Source: Oscillospiraceae bacterium
GTDB taxonomy: Bacteria > Bacillota > Clostridia > Oscillospirales > CAG-272
DNA length: 64,000 nucleotides
NCBI GenBank assembly: GCA_015064855.1
Contig: SVRK01000003.1
Location: 158,594-222,593, forward strand
Direction: 5' to 3'
The notes under the pieces: generated by a model
Told to the model about the DNA's origin: nothing
What the model saw: only the letters and a program-made list of their open reading frames with translations
Databases searched by the model: none
Shown here: positions 18,866 through 32,194 of the stretch, piece by piece
How positions within the stretch are numbered: the stretch's first letter is position 1
Layout: each line of letters starts with the position of its first letter
Position numbers and translations under genes: made by a program

Positions 18866-18898
18866 TAAAAAAGGAACGGAAATCCGTTCCTTTTTTTA
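18866..18898. terminator. Bidirectional terminator between convergent genes
   Basis: AAAAAGGAACGG-AAAT-CCGTTCCTTTTTTT. Confidence 0.85.
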
Positions 18899-19753
18899 TT
18901 AGATTGTGCCAGTTACTATTAAAGTGCTGGTTCCGGGAGTTATTGAAATTACGCCAGTTATCGGGTCTTGAGTATAGGTTGCTGCAGGAACTGTAATGTT
19001 TGATGGAACTGTTTCAAAAAATCCTGTTGTTTGATTGTAGTTATATTCTGTACCTTCTGACCAAGGTGTACCATTAAAGATAACCTGTACGTTTGTTAAA
19101 ATTGGGTCAAATAGGTCGGTAATAATTGCATTGTCGGTTGCCACTAAAGGTGTATTACCTGTGTTTTGGATTAAGAAGGTGTAGGTTACAGTTTCGCCCT
19201 CGGCAACAGGAACAGGACTGATTGATTTAGTGATAGATAGATTTGGACGAGTTTCAGCATTAACTGTTTCTTCAACAGAAACAGGAGTAACGCCCATACC
19301 GCTTATTGCCGCTTGATTCGTAATTTCTCCGTCAATGCCTAAAGGAGCAAAGCCGTTTGTAGAAACCTCGTAAACAAGAATTGCATTACCGTTTGCAGGA
19401 ACAGTAATTCCACTTACCGTAAGTGAATTTGCAGTAGTTGTAACTATTGGACTTGGCTGCAAAACGCCATTAACATAATAGCGAAGAGTTCCATCTGTAT
19501 AGTCGAGAGGAGTTAGTGTACCCGTGCCAAAGGTGTAAGTGCCTAGGTTGTCGGTTATTGTTAAATTATTAAAGGCAGAAGAGCCTGAATTTAATATGCT
19601 AACTATATAGGTTATATTGTCGTCTTGTCCGTAGGTTGCATTTATCGCAGTCTTGGTTGCTGAAAGCACTTCTAAGATTTCGCCAACAGCAACATTTGAA
19701 TTCGTTACTGTGTTTCCGTAGGACAAGGTAGCTTGATTAGTAAATTGTGCCAT
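18899..19753 (-). CDS. DUF11 (conserved repeat domain) protein, leaderless
   Basis: 284 aa, T/N/V/G-rich beta-type sequence. The segment LSITKSISPVPVAEGETVTYTFLIQNTGNTPL is a typical DUF11/TIGR01451 repeat start. No signal peptide or TM span. RBS GAAAGGAA upstream. Confidence 0.7.
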   Translation of the reverse strand: MAQFTNQATLSYGNTVTNSNVAVGEILEVLSATKTAINATYGQDDNITYIVSILNSGSSAFNNLTITDNLGTYTFGTGTLTPLDYTDGTLRYYVNGVLQPSPIVTTTANSLTVSGITVPANGNAILVYEVSTNGFAPLGIDGEITNQAAISGMGVTPVSVEETVNAETRPNLSITKSISPVPVAEGETVTYTFLIQNTGNTPLVATDNAIITDLFDPILTNVQVIFNGTPWSEGTEYNYNQTTGFFETVPSNITVPAATYTQDPITGVISITPGTSTLIVTGTI

Positions 19754-19892
19754 ATTATATTCCTTTCAAAATTAGAGGACTTCTATCTACAGCGAACTGT
19801 GATAGGCCTCAATATTATAATATGATAATATTAGAAAAAAGCTACAATTTTATAAAATATATATGAACATATGTGCATAATATAATGGATTG

Positions 19893-19924
19893 TAAAAAAG
19901 AAAAAGGGAGAAATTTTCTCCCTT
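19893..19924 (-). terminator. Terminator of the atp operon
   Basis: Minus strand: AAAAGGGAGAA-AAT-TTCTCCCTTTTTCTTTTTT, immediately after the atpC stop. Confidence 0.85.
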
Positions 19925-20188
19925 TTAGTCTTTAAATTTAAATGAACCACTAATTAAGGTCGCTCCGTTTTTGTCAACCGTTAGAAGTCCGCCGTCTGTG
20001 GTTGCTTCTTTTGCGTTGTCATCGTCAAGCCAAACCTTACAAGGTGCGCTTTTTATAGACGTTACAAACGGAACGTGTCCTGCCATAATGGCAAGGTCGC
20101 CCATAACTCCACGCACATCAAGCTTGTATATTTCGCCGTCAAAAATATTTCCGTCAGGCGATGATACTGTTAAATGGAAGGTTTTCAT
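19925..20188 (-). CDS. atpC: F1 ATP synthase subunit epsilon (short form, beta-sandwich domain only)
   Basis: Last gene of the atp operon. Sequence ..SPDGNIFDGEIYKLDVRGVMGDLAIMAGHVPFVT.. matches the epsilon N-domain. Only 87 aa. ATG at 20188, 2 nt after the atpD stop. Confidence 0.85.
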   Translation of the reverse strand: MKTFHLTVSSPDGNIFDGEIYKLDVRGVMGDLAIMAGHVPFVTSIKSAPCKVWLDDDNAKEATTDGGLLTVDKNGATLISGSFKFKD

Positions 20189-20190
20189 AA

Positions 20191-22426
<2,236 letters not shown>

Positions 22427-22429
22427 ATA

Positions 22430-23920
22430 TTACACCTTCATTTCTTGCAAAATGGATTTAAGCTCATTTATATCTGTTTCGTCAAAATATCCATCTTCAA
22501 TGCGTTTTAGCCACCCTGTGTATGAATTTTCAAGCTTTGCATATAGATTATTCTCATACTCGTGTACGTTTTTAACGTCAACGTTATCAAGATAACCGTT
22601 GATAACGGCATATACAATAGCAACCTGACAACCAACGCGAACAGGTGCATTTCTGCCTTGTTTTAAGACCTCAACTATTCTTTCACCAAGTGCCAAACGC
22701 TTCTTTGTGTCTGCATCAAGGTCACTGCCGAATTGAGCAAAGGATTGAAGCTCTCTGTATTGTGAATAGAGAAGCTTAAGCTCACCTGCTACCTTTTTCA
22801 TACCTTTAAGCTGAGCAGAGCCACCAACACGGCTAACTGAAATACCCGGATTAATAGCAGGCATGATTCCCGCATGGAAAAGCTCGGTTTCAAGGAATAT
22901 TTGTCCGTCTGTGATTGAAATTACGTTAGTTGGGATATAAGCTGAAACGTCACCTGCTTGAGTTTCGATAATAGGTAGAGCAGTGATAGAGCCACCACCA
23001 TATGCTTCGTCAACACAAGCTGCGCGTTCAAGAAGTCTTGAGTGTAGATAGAAAACGTCACCTGGGTAAGCCTCACGGCCCGGTGGACGGCGGATAAGCA
23101 AGGACAGAGCTCTGTAAGCTACCGCATGCTTACTCAAATCATCATATATAATTAATACATCTTTACCTTGCTCACGGAAATATTCTGCCATAGCGCAACC
23201 GCTATATGGTGCTATATATTGAAGTGGAGCACTCTCGGCAGCAGTTGCTGAAACTATAATCGTATAGTCCATAGCTCCGTTTGCTTGAAGCTCGGAAACG
23301 AGCTGTGCAACAGATGTACTTTTTTGTCCAATAGCAACGTAAATACAGATAACGTCGGTGTTTTTTTGATTTATAATTGTGTCAATGGCAATTTCGGTTT
23401 TACCCGTTTGACGGTCACCGATAATAAGCTCACGCTGACCACGTCCGATAGGAATCATACTGTCAATAGCTTTAATTCCCGTTTGTAAAGGAACGCATAC
23501 GCTCTTTCTTTCGATAATTCCGGGTGCTTCGGATTCAATAGGACGGAAGCCGTTATTTTCAATAGGACCCTTGCCGTCAATAGGCTCACCAAGGGCATTT
23601 ACAACTCTGCCGAGGAACTTATCTCCTACAGGAACGGACAAAACGTTACCCGTCCTCTTAACTATAGAGCCTTCCTTTATATTGTTTTTGTTGGACAAAA
23701 CGGCAACCGAAACGGTTTCCTTTTCAAGGTTTTGCGCCATTCCAAAGCTTCCGTCATCAAATTCAAGAAGCTCGTTTGCCATGCAGTTTTCAAGTCCATA
23801 AACGCGTGCGATACCGTCGCCAACAAGGATAACCTTGCCGGTTTCGAGCATCTTGGCACGTTCTTTGTAGTTTTCAATTTGTAATTTAATTACGTTACTG
23901 ATTTCTTGGGGTGTACTCAT
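22430..23920 (-). CDS. atpA: F1 ATP synthase subunit alpha
   Basis: Walker A GDRQTGKT and alpha-type sequence throughout. ATG at 23920, 1 nt after the atpH stop, with a GGGAGTG RBS. Confidence 0.97.
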   Translation of the reverse strand: MSTPQEISNVIKLQIENYKERAKMLETGKVILVGDGIARVYGLENCMANELLEFDDGSFGMAQNLEKETVSVAVLSNKNNIKEGSIVKRTGNVLSVPVGDKFLGRVVNALGEPIDGKGPIENNGFRPIESEAPGIIERKSVCVPLQTGIKAIDSMIPIGRGQRELIIGDRQTGKTEIAIDTIINQKNTDVICIYVAIGQKSTSVAQLVSELQANGAMDYTIIVSATAAESAPLQYIAPYSGCAMAEYFREQGKDVLIIYDDLSKHAVAYRALSLLIRRPPGREAYPGDVFYLHSRLLERAACVDEAYGGGSITALPIIETQAGDVSAYIPTNVISITDGQIFLETELFHAGIMPAINPGISVSRVGGSAQLKGMKKVAGELKLLYSQYRELQSFAQFGSDLDADTKKRLALGERIVEVLKQGRNAPVRVGCQVAIVYAVINGYLDNVDVKNVHEYENNLYAKLENSYTGWLKRIEDGYFDETDINELKSILQEMKV

Positions 23921-23921
23921 T

Positions 23922-24446
23922 TTAACCAATCACTCCCTTAATGTTATTTAAACGGCTTGAAAGTGAGCCGTCAAGCACCTTGCCGTCAAGCTCGATTTTA
24001 ATTCCGCCAATCAAGTCCTTATCTTCAATGTATATAGGGTCAATTTCTTTATTTGTTATGCTCTTTAGCTTCTTAATAAGCTTTTCTTTTTGAGCATCGG
24101 TTAGCTGAAATGCATAGTAAATCTTTGCTACTGTTCTGTTTTCAAGCGCGGTGATGAGTAAAAAGAACTCATTAATGCATTCGGAAAGAGTAGCAATGTT
24201 TCTGCTTTCGCAAAGAAGCTTTAAAAACGAAATAACATATTCGTTTTTTTCGCCAAACGCCTCGTCAATAAGAGAAAGCCTATTTGATAGCGTAAGCGCA
24301 GGGGAAGACAAAACATCAAGATATTCAGGGTTTTCCTTTATAACCATATGAACATCTCCTATATCCGCTTTAATTTCATTGATTATACCCTTTTCACAGG
24401 CAAGCGAAAATAAGGCAGAGGCGTATTCCTTACTCAAATCTGCCAT
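23922..24446 (-). CDS. atpH: F1 ATP synthase subunit delta (OSCP)
   Basis: 174 aa. Operon position between b and alpha. OSCP-like N-terminus YASALFSLA. Confidence 0.9.
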   Translation of the reverse strand: MADLSKEYASALFSLACEKGIINEIKADIGDVHMVIKENPEYLDVLSSPALTLSNRLSLIDEAFGEKNEYVISFLKLLCESRNIATLSECINEFFLLITALENRTVAKIYYAFQLTDAQKEKLIKKLKSITNKEIDPIYIEDKDLIGGIKIELDGKVLDGSLSSRLNNIKGVIG

Positions 24447-24955
24447 TATTCTTCACCTATTTCATCAATAAAAGAGTCAACAAGGTCTTTGTTTGTTTCC
24501 ATATTGATTTCTCTTTCAAGCAGCTTTTCTGTTAGCTTTGTTGAAACGTCAACGATTTCATCCTTGATAGTTTCTTGTGCCTTTTTAATTTCAAGCTCGG
24601 CATTTTCCCTAGCTTGCTTTACAATATGCTCGGATTCCTCTTTAGCATCGGCGATAATATCCTTTTCGCGAGCTTTAGCGGTGGATACGGCATTTTTTAT
24701 AATGTCATCAGCCTCTTCCTTGGCATTTTCAAGTCTTTTTTCATATTCTTCCTTGTTCCTTTGAGCAGCCTTTTCGGATTCTTCAGCCTTCTGATAGCTA
24801 GCATCAATGGTTGCTTGGCGGTCGGCGAGCATCTTTTTTACAGGCTTATAAAGGAATTTCTTTGCAAGCAAGAAAAGTATAACAAGGTTTAAAAGTGAAA
24901 AAAGAATAGACCAGAAGTTTAAAGAGATGACACCTAAGGTGGTTTCTGTAAACAT
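24446..24955 (-). CDS. atpF: Fo ATP synthase subunit b
   Basis: 169 aa with one N-terminal TM helix followed by a long charged coiled coil. Operon position. Confidence 0.9.
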   Translation of the reverse strand: MFTETTLGVISLNFWSILFSLLNLVILFLLAKKFLYKPVKKMLADRQATIDASYQKAEESEKAAQRNKEEYEKRLENAKEEADDIIKNAVSTAKAREKDIIADAKEESEHIVKQARENAELEIKKAQETIKDEIVDVSTKLTEKLLEREINMETNKDLVDSFIDEIGEE

Positions 24956-24966
24956 CTTTTAATTCC

Positions 24967-26214
<1,248 letters not shown>

Positions 26215-26222
<8 letters not shown>

Positions 26223-26634
26223 TTTTGTTCCTCCTTTGCTTTATTTTCGAAGCCAAAGGGCGGAAGGTGATTGCAATTCTTGGGAAAATAAACGGAATTA
26301 CAACCGCTATAATGTTGAAAGCAGGAATAAAGTACGCAATCAAGGCGGCAACGAATAGCATAAGCAAACGAAGCATTTGTGATAGCCTTAAAATGTTGGC
26401 TGCATCCTTTTGTTCCTTGCCAAGCGCCTTTTGAATAGATAGGCACATTAAGAAAAAGTTTAAAACCGCAAAGAAATATCCGTATAGATTGCCAAGAATA
26501 ACTGTGTAGTTCCAAGCATCTTCAACCCAATTACTAACGATTAAGAAAATGGATTGCATAAAGACACTAAATGTAAAGGAAACAGCAGCAATAAAGCCGG
26601 TTTCTTTCCAAACAATAGGGTCGATTTTTTTCAT
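26215..26634 (-). CDS. atpI: ATP synthase protein I (AtpI-like membrane protein)
   Basis: First gene of the operon. 139 aa with 4 hydrophobic segments. Overlaps the atpB start by 8 nt. Confidence 0.7.
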
Positions 26635-26668
26635 AATTGCCCCCCTTTCAAAAGCATCAATTAATATT

Positions 26669-26697
26669 ATTATATAATATTAGCTTTTCAATGTCAA
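26669..26697 (-). promoter_or_regulatory. Sigma-A promoter of the atp operon
   Basis: Minus strand: TTGACA, 17 nt, TATAAT, about 30 nt upstream of the atpI ATG. Confidence 0.6.
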
Positions 26698-26723
26698 GTA
26701 AAATAAATACTTTTGGTAAGGTA

Positions 26724-26752
26724 TTTACATTTTTGAATAAAAATGATAAAAT
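26724..26752 (+). promoter_or_regulatory. Sigma-A promoter of pepD
   Basis: TTTACA, 17 nt, TGaTAAAAT (extended -10). Confidence 0.5.
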
Positions 26753-26786
26753 AATCATAGAAAGTATTACTAAAAGAGGTAACGAA

Positions 26787-28220
26787 ATGCTACAAACAAT
26801 CAAAGGCGTGAAAAATGAAAGACCGTTTTATTATTTTGAAGAAATTTCAAAAATTCCACACGGGTCAAGAAACGAAAAGGAAATAGCAAAATATATAGTT
26901 GATTTTGCGACAAAGCATAATATTGAATGCTCAATTGATGAAGCAAATAATGTTTTTATAGTGAAAAAAGCGACACAGGGTAGGGAAAATGAGCCCACAG
27001 TTATGCTTCAGGCACATACGGATATGGTTTGCGAGAAAAACATATCTACAAAGCATAATTTTGAAACCGACTCCATCAAGCTAATTCAAGAGGGCAACAT
27101 TTTAAGGGCTGATGGCACAACTCTTGGTGCTGATGACGGCTTTGGCGTTGCTATTATGCTTGCGATTTTAGAAAATGAAGAATTGTCACATCCAAAAATT
27201 GAATGTCTTTTTACCTCAAGTGAGGAAATAGGTCTTGTAGGGGCAAGCAAATTTGATTATTCCCGCGTCACCGCTACCCAAATGATAAACCTTGATTCTG
27301 CCGAAGAAAACACAGTAATTATCGGTTGCTGTGGAGGTCTTAGAAGCGATATGACGCTTCCGTGCGAAATAGAAGAAAACAAAAAGCCTGCATACAAAAT
27401 AACAATAGGCGGTCTTATAGGTGGTCACTCTGGCGAGGATATTGACAGAAAACGACTAAATTCTCATATCCTTATGGGTAAAATTTTAAAATCAATAAAG
27501 GAAGTAACCGATTTTAAAATTGCTTATATTTCAGGCGGAGATAAGGACAACGCTATCCCTCGTGAGTGTGAGACTGTAATTTCCGTTGATAATTCCAATG
27601 CGCTTGATGCTCGTCTAGAAAAAATAATAGAAACAGCACACGCTTGTGTTCAAGCAAGAGAAGACGAAGGCTTATTTGTAAAATTCGAAAAAACAGACAC
27701 ATCCTCGACTTTTTCAGCTCTTGACACCGATAAAATACTAAAAATACTCTCTCTCCCCAACGCGGTTTTGAAATATCGCGAGGTAGCACCGATTTTGCCG
27801 TCAATGTCAAGAAATTTGGCAAGAATAAGGACAATAGGCAACAAGGTCGAAATTGGCTTTTCCTCTCGCGCATATAATGAGGCAGGACTTAACGAGTCAG
27901 CGTTCGAGCTTGAAAATGTAGCAAATGAAATAGGGGCAGAGATTTACCACCACGAGGGTTATCCCGCATGGCAAGACGAAACTGATTCCCCTCTTGTTTT
28001 GAAATATCAAAAAGCATATAACGAGGCAACAGGCAGAAAAACAGAGCCGACCTTAATCCACGCAGGGCTTGAATGTGGCGTTATCACCTCGAAGGTTAAA
28101 GGACTACTGGCTATCTCCGTTGGCGCAAACGTACACGATTTACATACTCCAAAGGAAATAATGGAAATTGACTCAATGGATAGAATTTACGACACTGTGT
28201 GCACGTTTTTAGGAAAATAG
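26787..28220 (+). CDS. pepD: Aminoacyl-histidine (Xaa-His) dipeptidase, M20 family
   Basis: FEEISKIPHGSRNEKE, QAHTDMV, GADDGFGVA and SSEEIGL are PepD/M20C hallmarks. I chose the ATG at 26787 (RBS AAGAGG) instead of the 50-codon-longer track ORF. Confidence 0.88.
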   Translation: MLQTIKGVKNERPFYYFEEISKIPHGSRNEKEIAKYIVDFATKHNIECSIDEANNVFIVKKATQGRENEPTVMLQAHTDMVCEKNISTKHNFETDSIKLIQEGNILRADGTTLGADDGFGVAIMLAILENEELSHPKIECLFTSSEEIGLVGASKFDYSRVTATQMINLDSAEENTVIIGCCGGLRSDMTLPCEIEENKKPAYKITIGGLIGGHSGEDIDRKRLNSHILMGKILKSIKEVTDFKIAYISGGDKDNAIPRECETVISVDNSNALDARLEKIIETAHACVQAREDEGLFVKFEKTDTSSTFSALDTDKILKILSLPNAVLKYREVAPILPSMSRNLARIRTIGNKVEIGFSSRAYNEAGLNESAFELENVANEIGAEIYHHEGYPAWQDETDSPLVLKYQKAYNEATGRKTEPTLIHAGLECGVITSKVKGLLAISVGANVHDLHTPKEIMEIDSMDRIYDTVCTFLGK

Positions 28221-28223
28221 CGA

Positions 28224-28254
28224 AAAAACACTTGCTTTTGCAGGTGTTTTTTTA
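28224..28254 (+). terminator. Rho-independent terminator
   Basis: AAAAACACTTGC-TTTT-GCAGGTGTTTTTTT. Confidence 0.8.
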
Positions 28255-28435
28255 TCTTAAATGTGTTTGTTTTCTGAAAAAATTGCGAGAACGATTGAAA
28301 TATAAAATAGTCGCCATGACATTATTAAAATTCAAATGGTAAAATATAATTGGAAAAAGAAAATTTTCCATACAATGTAACCCTTTCAAATAAAAATTCG
28401 TCTTTATAGGTGAGAAATCAAAAGGAGGAAATCAT

Positions 28436-30721
28436 ATGAAAAAGATAATATTGATTAACGTTTTAACCTTGGTTCTTACTTTACTGTTATTATGCGGATG
28501 TCACGCTCCTTTGAATACCGATACTGAAACCGATACTGAAACGGAAGATGCAACCGATACCTTGGATGGGAGTGATACCGAAAAGGACTCAAGCAGCGAG
28601 ACGGAAACGGCGACTGATGAATCCGCGAGTGATTCAAGCACTGAAACATCAAAGGATGAGCCGATTCCTGATGTTGAAGATGCCATTATTGAAATGAATA
28701 ATTTGCTTGTAACATATAATGGCGAATATACGGTTACTATATGTGATGGGCAAAGAAAAGTTGTTTTTGATAAGGATGGCAACGTTACAAAATGCGTTAA
28801 CATCACCTTGATTGAGGATATTAAATTTGATTATACCTATCGCATAAAAAGCATTGATCAAATCAAAGCAGAGCTTGGAGAGCCGCACGTTGATATAGGC
28901 AAATCCGGCGAAGATTATATCTATACTCCATCATATGTAACCAACGACGGATTTTTGATTTCGTTTATATTGGATGAAAGAAACAACGCCAATAGTGCTG
29001 AAAAAATAGATTTGTTCTCTGGTGATATAGTCGACTGGATAGAAATAGATTATACTCCAGTTGAAACAGATACCTCAACCGACACAAGCACAGAAATTGA
29101 AAATCCCAAAACACCATCAGAAAATACACAAACAGTAACATGGCAATTTAACTACGATTACGGATTCCATCACGAAAACTCCGCAACCTTGCTTATTGAC
29201 TATGGAAGGCTGATACATGGCTTTGAAAATGTTATTATCCCCGATGATATAGTAGCGGGCGATTCTATTACTATTGAATACACAGGCGGAATAAGTATAG
29301 CGGAGAGTTATCCCAGTGGTATATACTTACATGACGGTGAGGTAATATCTTATTCCTTTAAATATGCAAGCGTTGTTCCGTTTTCTCTTACTAAAACAAG
29401 TATTGAAAGACTAAGGGAAGAATATGATATAGCTGAAGAATATGTCATCGTTGATAGATCCGGTAAGTATCAAACCTTAGAGGAGTCCATAGGAAAAACA
29501 ATATATTTAGTTACCGACCAAAAAAAGGTGAGTGAGCACCCGAATAATTGGGGATTCCCTGCGGACAAATATCCAATATCATCTATGTTTGCTTTCAATC
29601 CTCGCGACCTAAAGGTGGGGATATCTCCTGTTGAACCAAGGAATGAAAAGGTTGTTTTTGACCTTGATTATCACCATCTCAGCAATGAGCTTATAGAAAA
29701 GGAAGAGGACAAAACGGATCCAACCAAATTCTATTGCGGATATATTTGCAAGGACGAAAACGGAAACGAATTTATCGCGTATGCGCCGAATTTGTATAGC
29801 TACACAGTTCTAATAGAGTGCACGGAGGATAAAAGCCTAGCGTACGATTGGATAAACAATGTTTTAACTCAGTTTAATCCGTGGTATAGCACGGGTAGGT
29901 GCGATGTAGAAATTGACACACAAGATCTTCCAAACGATATGATTTTAATCACATTTCCGGATTTTGATACCTATTTTACCTGTCAAAACGATTTACTTAA
30001 CAAGCTGAGCGTGCTTGAATGTGTCAAAAAAATCCATATCACTTATGTAGATGCTCAAAACGGAACGTATTTTCCTAAAAACCCTTATGTGGTTTATGCA
30101 GATGTAGGAAGCAAATATTATAAAAACGACGTATTTACTACCTATGATGAATTTACAAGCGCACTTGGCTCCTGCATAGAAAGTAGTCTGGGATTACAAG
30201 CAATAACAGAAAGTACATTTGAAAACAACTATGTGTTTGTTGTAACAAATTGGCATTGGCGTGAGCTTAAAATAAGTGATGCAAGAGCCGTAGGAGATAC
30301 AGTTTATTTTACAAATAATGAATTTCAAGGCAAGGGCGAGCTGCACGATATGCTGGCATATGAAAACTCGTGTGTTATAGTTGTACCAAAGGATGAAATA
30401 GGCGAGCTTCCGGAAAATGTATCGGTCAAGACAGTTAATACTACAATCTATGTTGACGGATTCGCAGATTATGGGGACGCAGAGGGCGCTATTATAATTG
30501 CGTTAGAGCATTTTTCTTCAAGCGACAAGCAAGCTTTGCCAGAGGGCTATATATATAAAGCTAAAGCCGTAGACCGTAAGTACGATTATTGCCATTACGT
30601 GCTTATTTATCCCGAATATGTAGGCGATTCAGATAGTATTGTTGATGTATGGGGCGGTGGCTATCTTTACGCAATAGATAAATTCACCAAGGAAATTGTC
30701 AGTGTAGAAATTTTAGAATAA
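28436..30721 (+). CDS. Large lipoprotein of unknown function
   Basis: Signal peptide plus lipobox (LLLLCGC), an acidic TDTETDTETED.. linker, a second TDTSTDTST linker near aa 210, then ~530 aa with no motif I recognise. AGGAGG RBS. Confidence 0.8.
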   Translation: MKKIILINVLTLVLTLLLLCGCHAPLNTDTETDTETEDATDTLDGSDTEKDSSSETETATDESASDSSTETSKDEPIPDVEDAIIEMNNLLVTYNGEYTVTICDGQRKVVFDKDGNVTKCVNITLIEDIKFDYTYRIKSIDQIKAELGEPHVDIGKSGEDYIYTPSYVTNDGFLISFILDERNNANSAEKIDLFSGDIVDWIEIDYTPVETDTSTDTSTEIENPKTPSENTQTVTWQFNYDYGFHHENSATLLIDYGRLIHGFENVIIPDDIVAGDSITIEYTGGISIAESYPSGIYLHDGEVISYSFKYASVVPFSLTKTSIERLREEYDIAEEYVIVDRSGKYQTLEESIGKTIYLVTDQKKVSEHPNNWGFPADKYPISSMFAFNPRDLKVGISPVEPRNEKVVFDLDYHHLSNELIEKEEDKTDPTKFYCGYICKDENGNEFIAYAPNLYSYTVLIECTEDKSLAYDWINNVLTQFNPWYSTGRCDVEIDTQDLPNDMILITFPDFDTYFTCQNDLLNKLSVLECVKKIHITYVDAQNGTYFPKNPYVVYADVGSKYYKNDVFTTYDEFTSALGSCIESSLGLQAITESTFENNYVFVVTNWHWRELKISDARAVGDTVYFTNNEFQGKGELHDMLAYENSCVIVVPKDEIGELPENVSVKTVNTTIYVDGFADYGDAEGAIIIALEHFSSSDKQALPEGYIYKAKAVDRKYDYCHYVLIYPEYVGDSDSIVDVWGGGYLYAIDKFTKEIVSVEILE

Positions 30722-30733
30722 TCAAACTAAACC

Positions 30734-30766
30734 AAAAAGCACTTGCTTTTCGCAAGTGCTTTTTTC
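30734..30766 (+). terminator. Rho-independent terminator
   Basis: AAAAAGCACTTGC-TTTTC-GCAAGTGCTTTTTT. Confidence 0.85.
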
Positions 30767-30775
30767 TATATTTGT

Positions 30776-30826
30776 GGCCTCCTTTGAAAAGGGAGGTGTC
30801 TGCGATAGCAGACGGAGGGATTTTAA
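30776..30826 (+). repeat. 51-nt double-hairpin intergenic element, copy 2
   Basis: GGCCTCCTTTGAAAAGGGAGG-T-GTCTGCGATAGCAGAC-GGAGGGATTTTAA. The flanks are identical to copy 1, and the second stem is rewritten with full complementarity. Confidence 0.85.
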
Positions 30827-32194
30827 TTAAAACCCAAAATAACTATTTGCATTTTCGTACGAAATACCCTTGATAATCTTTTCAAGCATAGCCTTGTCGT
30901 TTGGATATAGACCCTTTTCAACCCATTCGCCTATTAAATTACAAAGGATTCTACGGAAGTAATCGTGTCTTGTGTAAGAAACAAAGCTTCGTGAGTCGGT
31001 GAGCATACCAACAAAAGCACCTAGAACACCGAGGTTGCCAAGAGCCTTTAATTGCTCCTCCATACCGTCCTTTTGGTCGTTAAACCACCAACCTGAGCCA
31101 AGCTGAATTTTGCCTCTTGCCTCGGCTCCTTGGAAGCAGCCCATAAGGGTAGCAAGAACATAGTTGTCCTTTGGATTTAAGGAGTAGAGAATAGTTTTAG
31201 GAAGAGCATTGTCCATTTCTAAGGTGTCAAGTAGTTGTGCAAGATTCTCACCTAGGTTCGTTTCAGCAATGCTGTCGTATCCTGTGTCAGGACCGAGCTT
31301 TTTATACATTTTTGTGTTGTTGTTTCTAATAGCACCAACGTGGATTTGCATACACCAGCCACGCTTTGCGTATTCCTTGCCAAAGAAAACAAGCAAGTCT
31401 GTCATATATGCATCGATTTCTTCCTTTGTAAGTGCTTCACCCTTTAGTGCCTTGTCAAATATAGCTGACGCATCTCCGAGAGTATAAGGCACAAAATCAA
31501 GACCGTGGTCTGAAAGACGACAGCCCTTTTCGTGGAAGAAATCAAGACGGGAGATAAGCCAAGATTTTAACTCCGCGTATGATTTAACACCCGCCTTTTC
31601 GATGTAAGGCAAAAATGTTTCCTTGTGAATGTTTACAGCCTTGTCGGGACGGAATGCAGGGAGCACCTTCACCTCATAACCACTTTCTTTAATTTGGTCG
31701 TGATATTCAAGTGAGTCAACAGGGTCATCAGTTGTGCAAACAACCTTAACGTTTGAATTTTTGATTAAATTACGGCAAGAAAACTCGTCCGTTCTTAACA
31801 TTGCCGTGCATTTTTCGTAAATTTCGTCAGCATTTTCTTCGGTCAAAGCCTCGTCAATACCGAAATATGTCTTTAATTCTAGATGTGTCCAATGGTAAAG
31901 AGGATTTCCAATAGCGTATTGAAGAGCTGTTGCAAACGCCTTGAATTTCTCTTTAAACGTAGCATTACCCGTTACGTATTTTTCGTCAATGCCAAATGAA
32001 CGCATCATACGCCACTTATAATGGTCACCGCCAAGGAAAAGCTCACCAAGGTTGTCAAACTTGTAGTCAATAGCGATGAGCTTGGGGTCTAAATGGCAAT
32101 GGTAGTCAATAATTGGCATATCCTTTGCTATTTTGTAAAGCTCTTTAGCTGTTTCAGAGTCGAGTATAAAATCATCATTAATAATAGTTTTCAT
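30827..32194 (-). CDS. uxaC: Glucuronate isomerase
   Basis: 455 aa. Motifs PIIDYHCHL and ..GMLTDSRSF.. are typical of UxaC. Confidence 0.93.
   Translation of the reverse strand: MKTIINDDFILDSETAKELYKIAKDMPIIDYHCHLDPKLIAIDYKFDNLGELFLGGDHYKWRMMRSFGIDEKYVTGNATFKEKFKAFATALQYAIGNPLYHWTHLELKTYFGIDEALTEENADEIYEKCTAMLRTDEFSCRNLIKNSNVKVVCTTDDPVDSLEYHDQIKESGYEVKVLPAFRPDKAVNIHKETFLPYIEKAGVKSYAELKSWLISRLDFFHEKGCRLSDHGLDFVPYTLGDASAIFDKALKGEALTKEEIDAYMTDLLVFFGKEYAKRGWCMQIHVGAIRNNNTKMYKKLGPDTGYDSIAETNLGENLAQLLDTLEMDNALPKTILYSLNPKDNYVLATLMGCFQGAEARGKIQLGSGWWFNDQKDGMEEQLKALGNLGVLGAFVGMLTDSRSFVSYTRHDYFRRILCNLIGEWVEKGLYPNDKAMLEKIIKGISYENANSYFGF

Noticed and set aside
28510-28640. Short DNA tandem repeat (ACCGATACTGAA x2 and related GA(T/A)AC-rich tract) at the 5' end of the lipoprotein gene.
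   Set aside because: It is in frame and encodes the acidic TDTETDTE tether. This is a low-complexity linker, not a regulatory or mobile repeat. It could be length-variable, but there is no evidence of that here.
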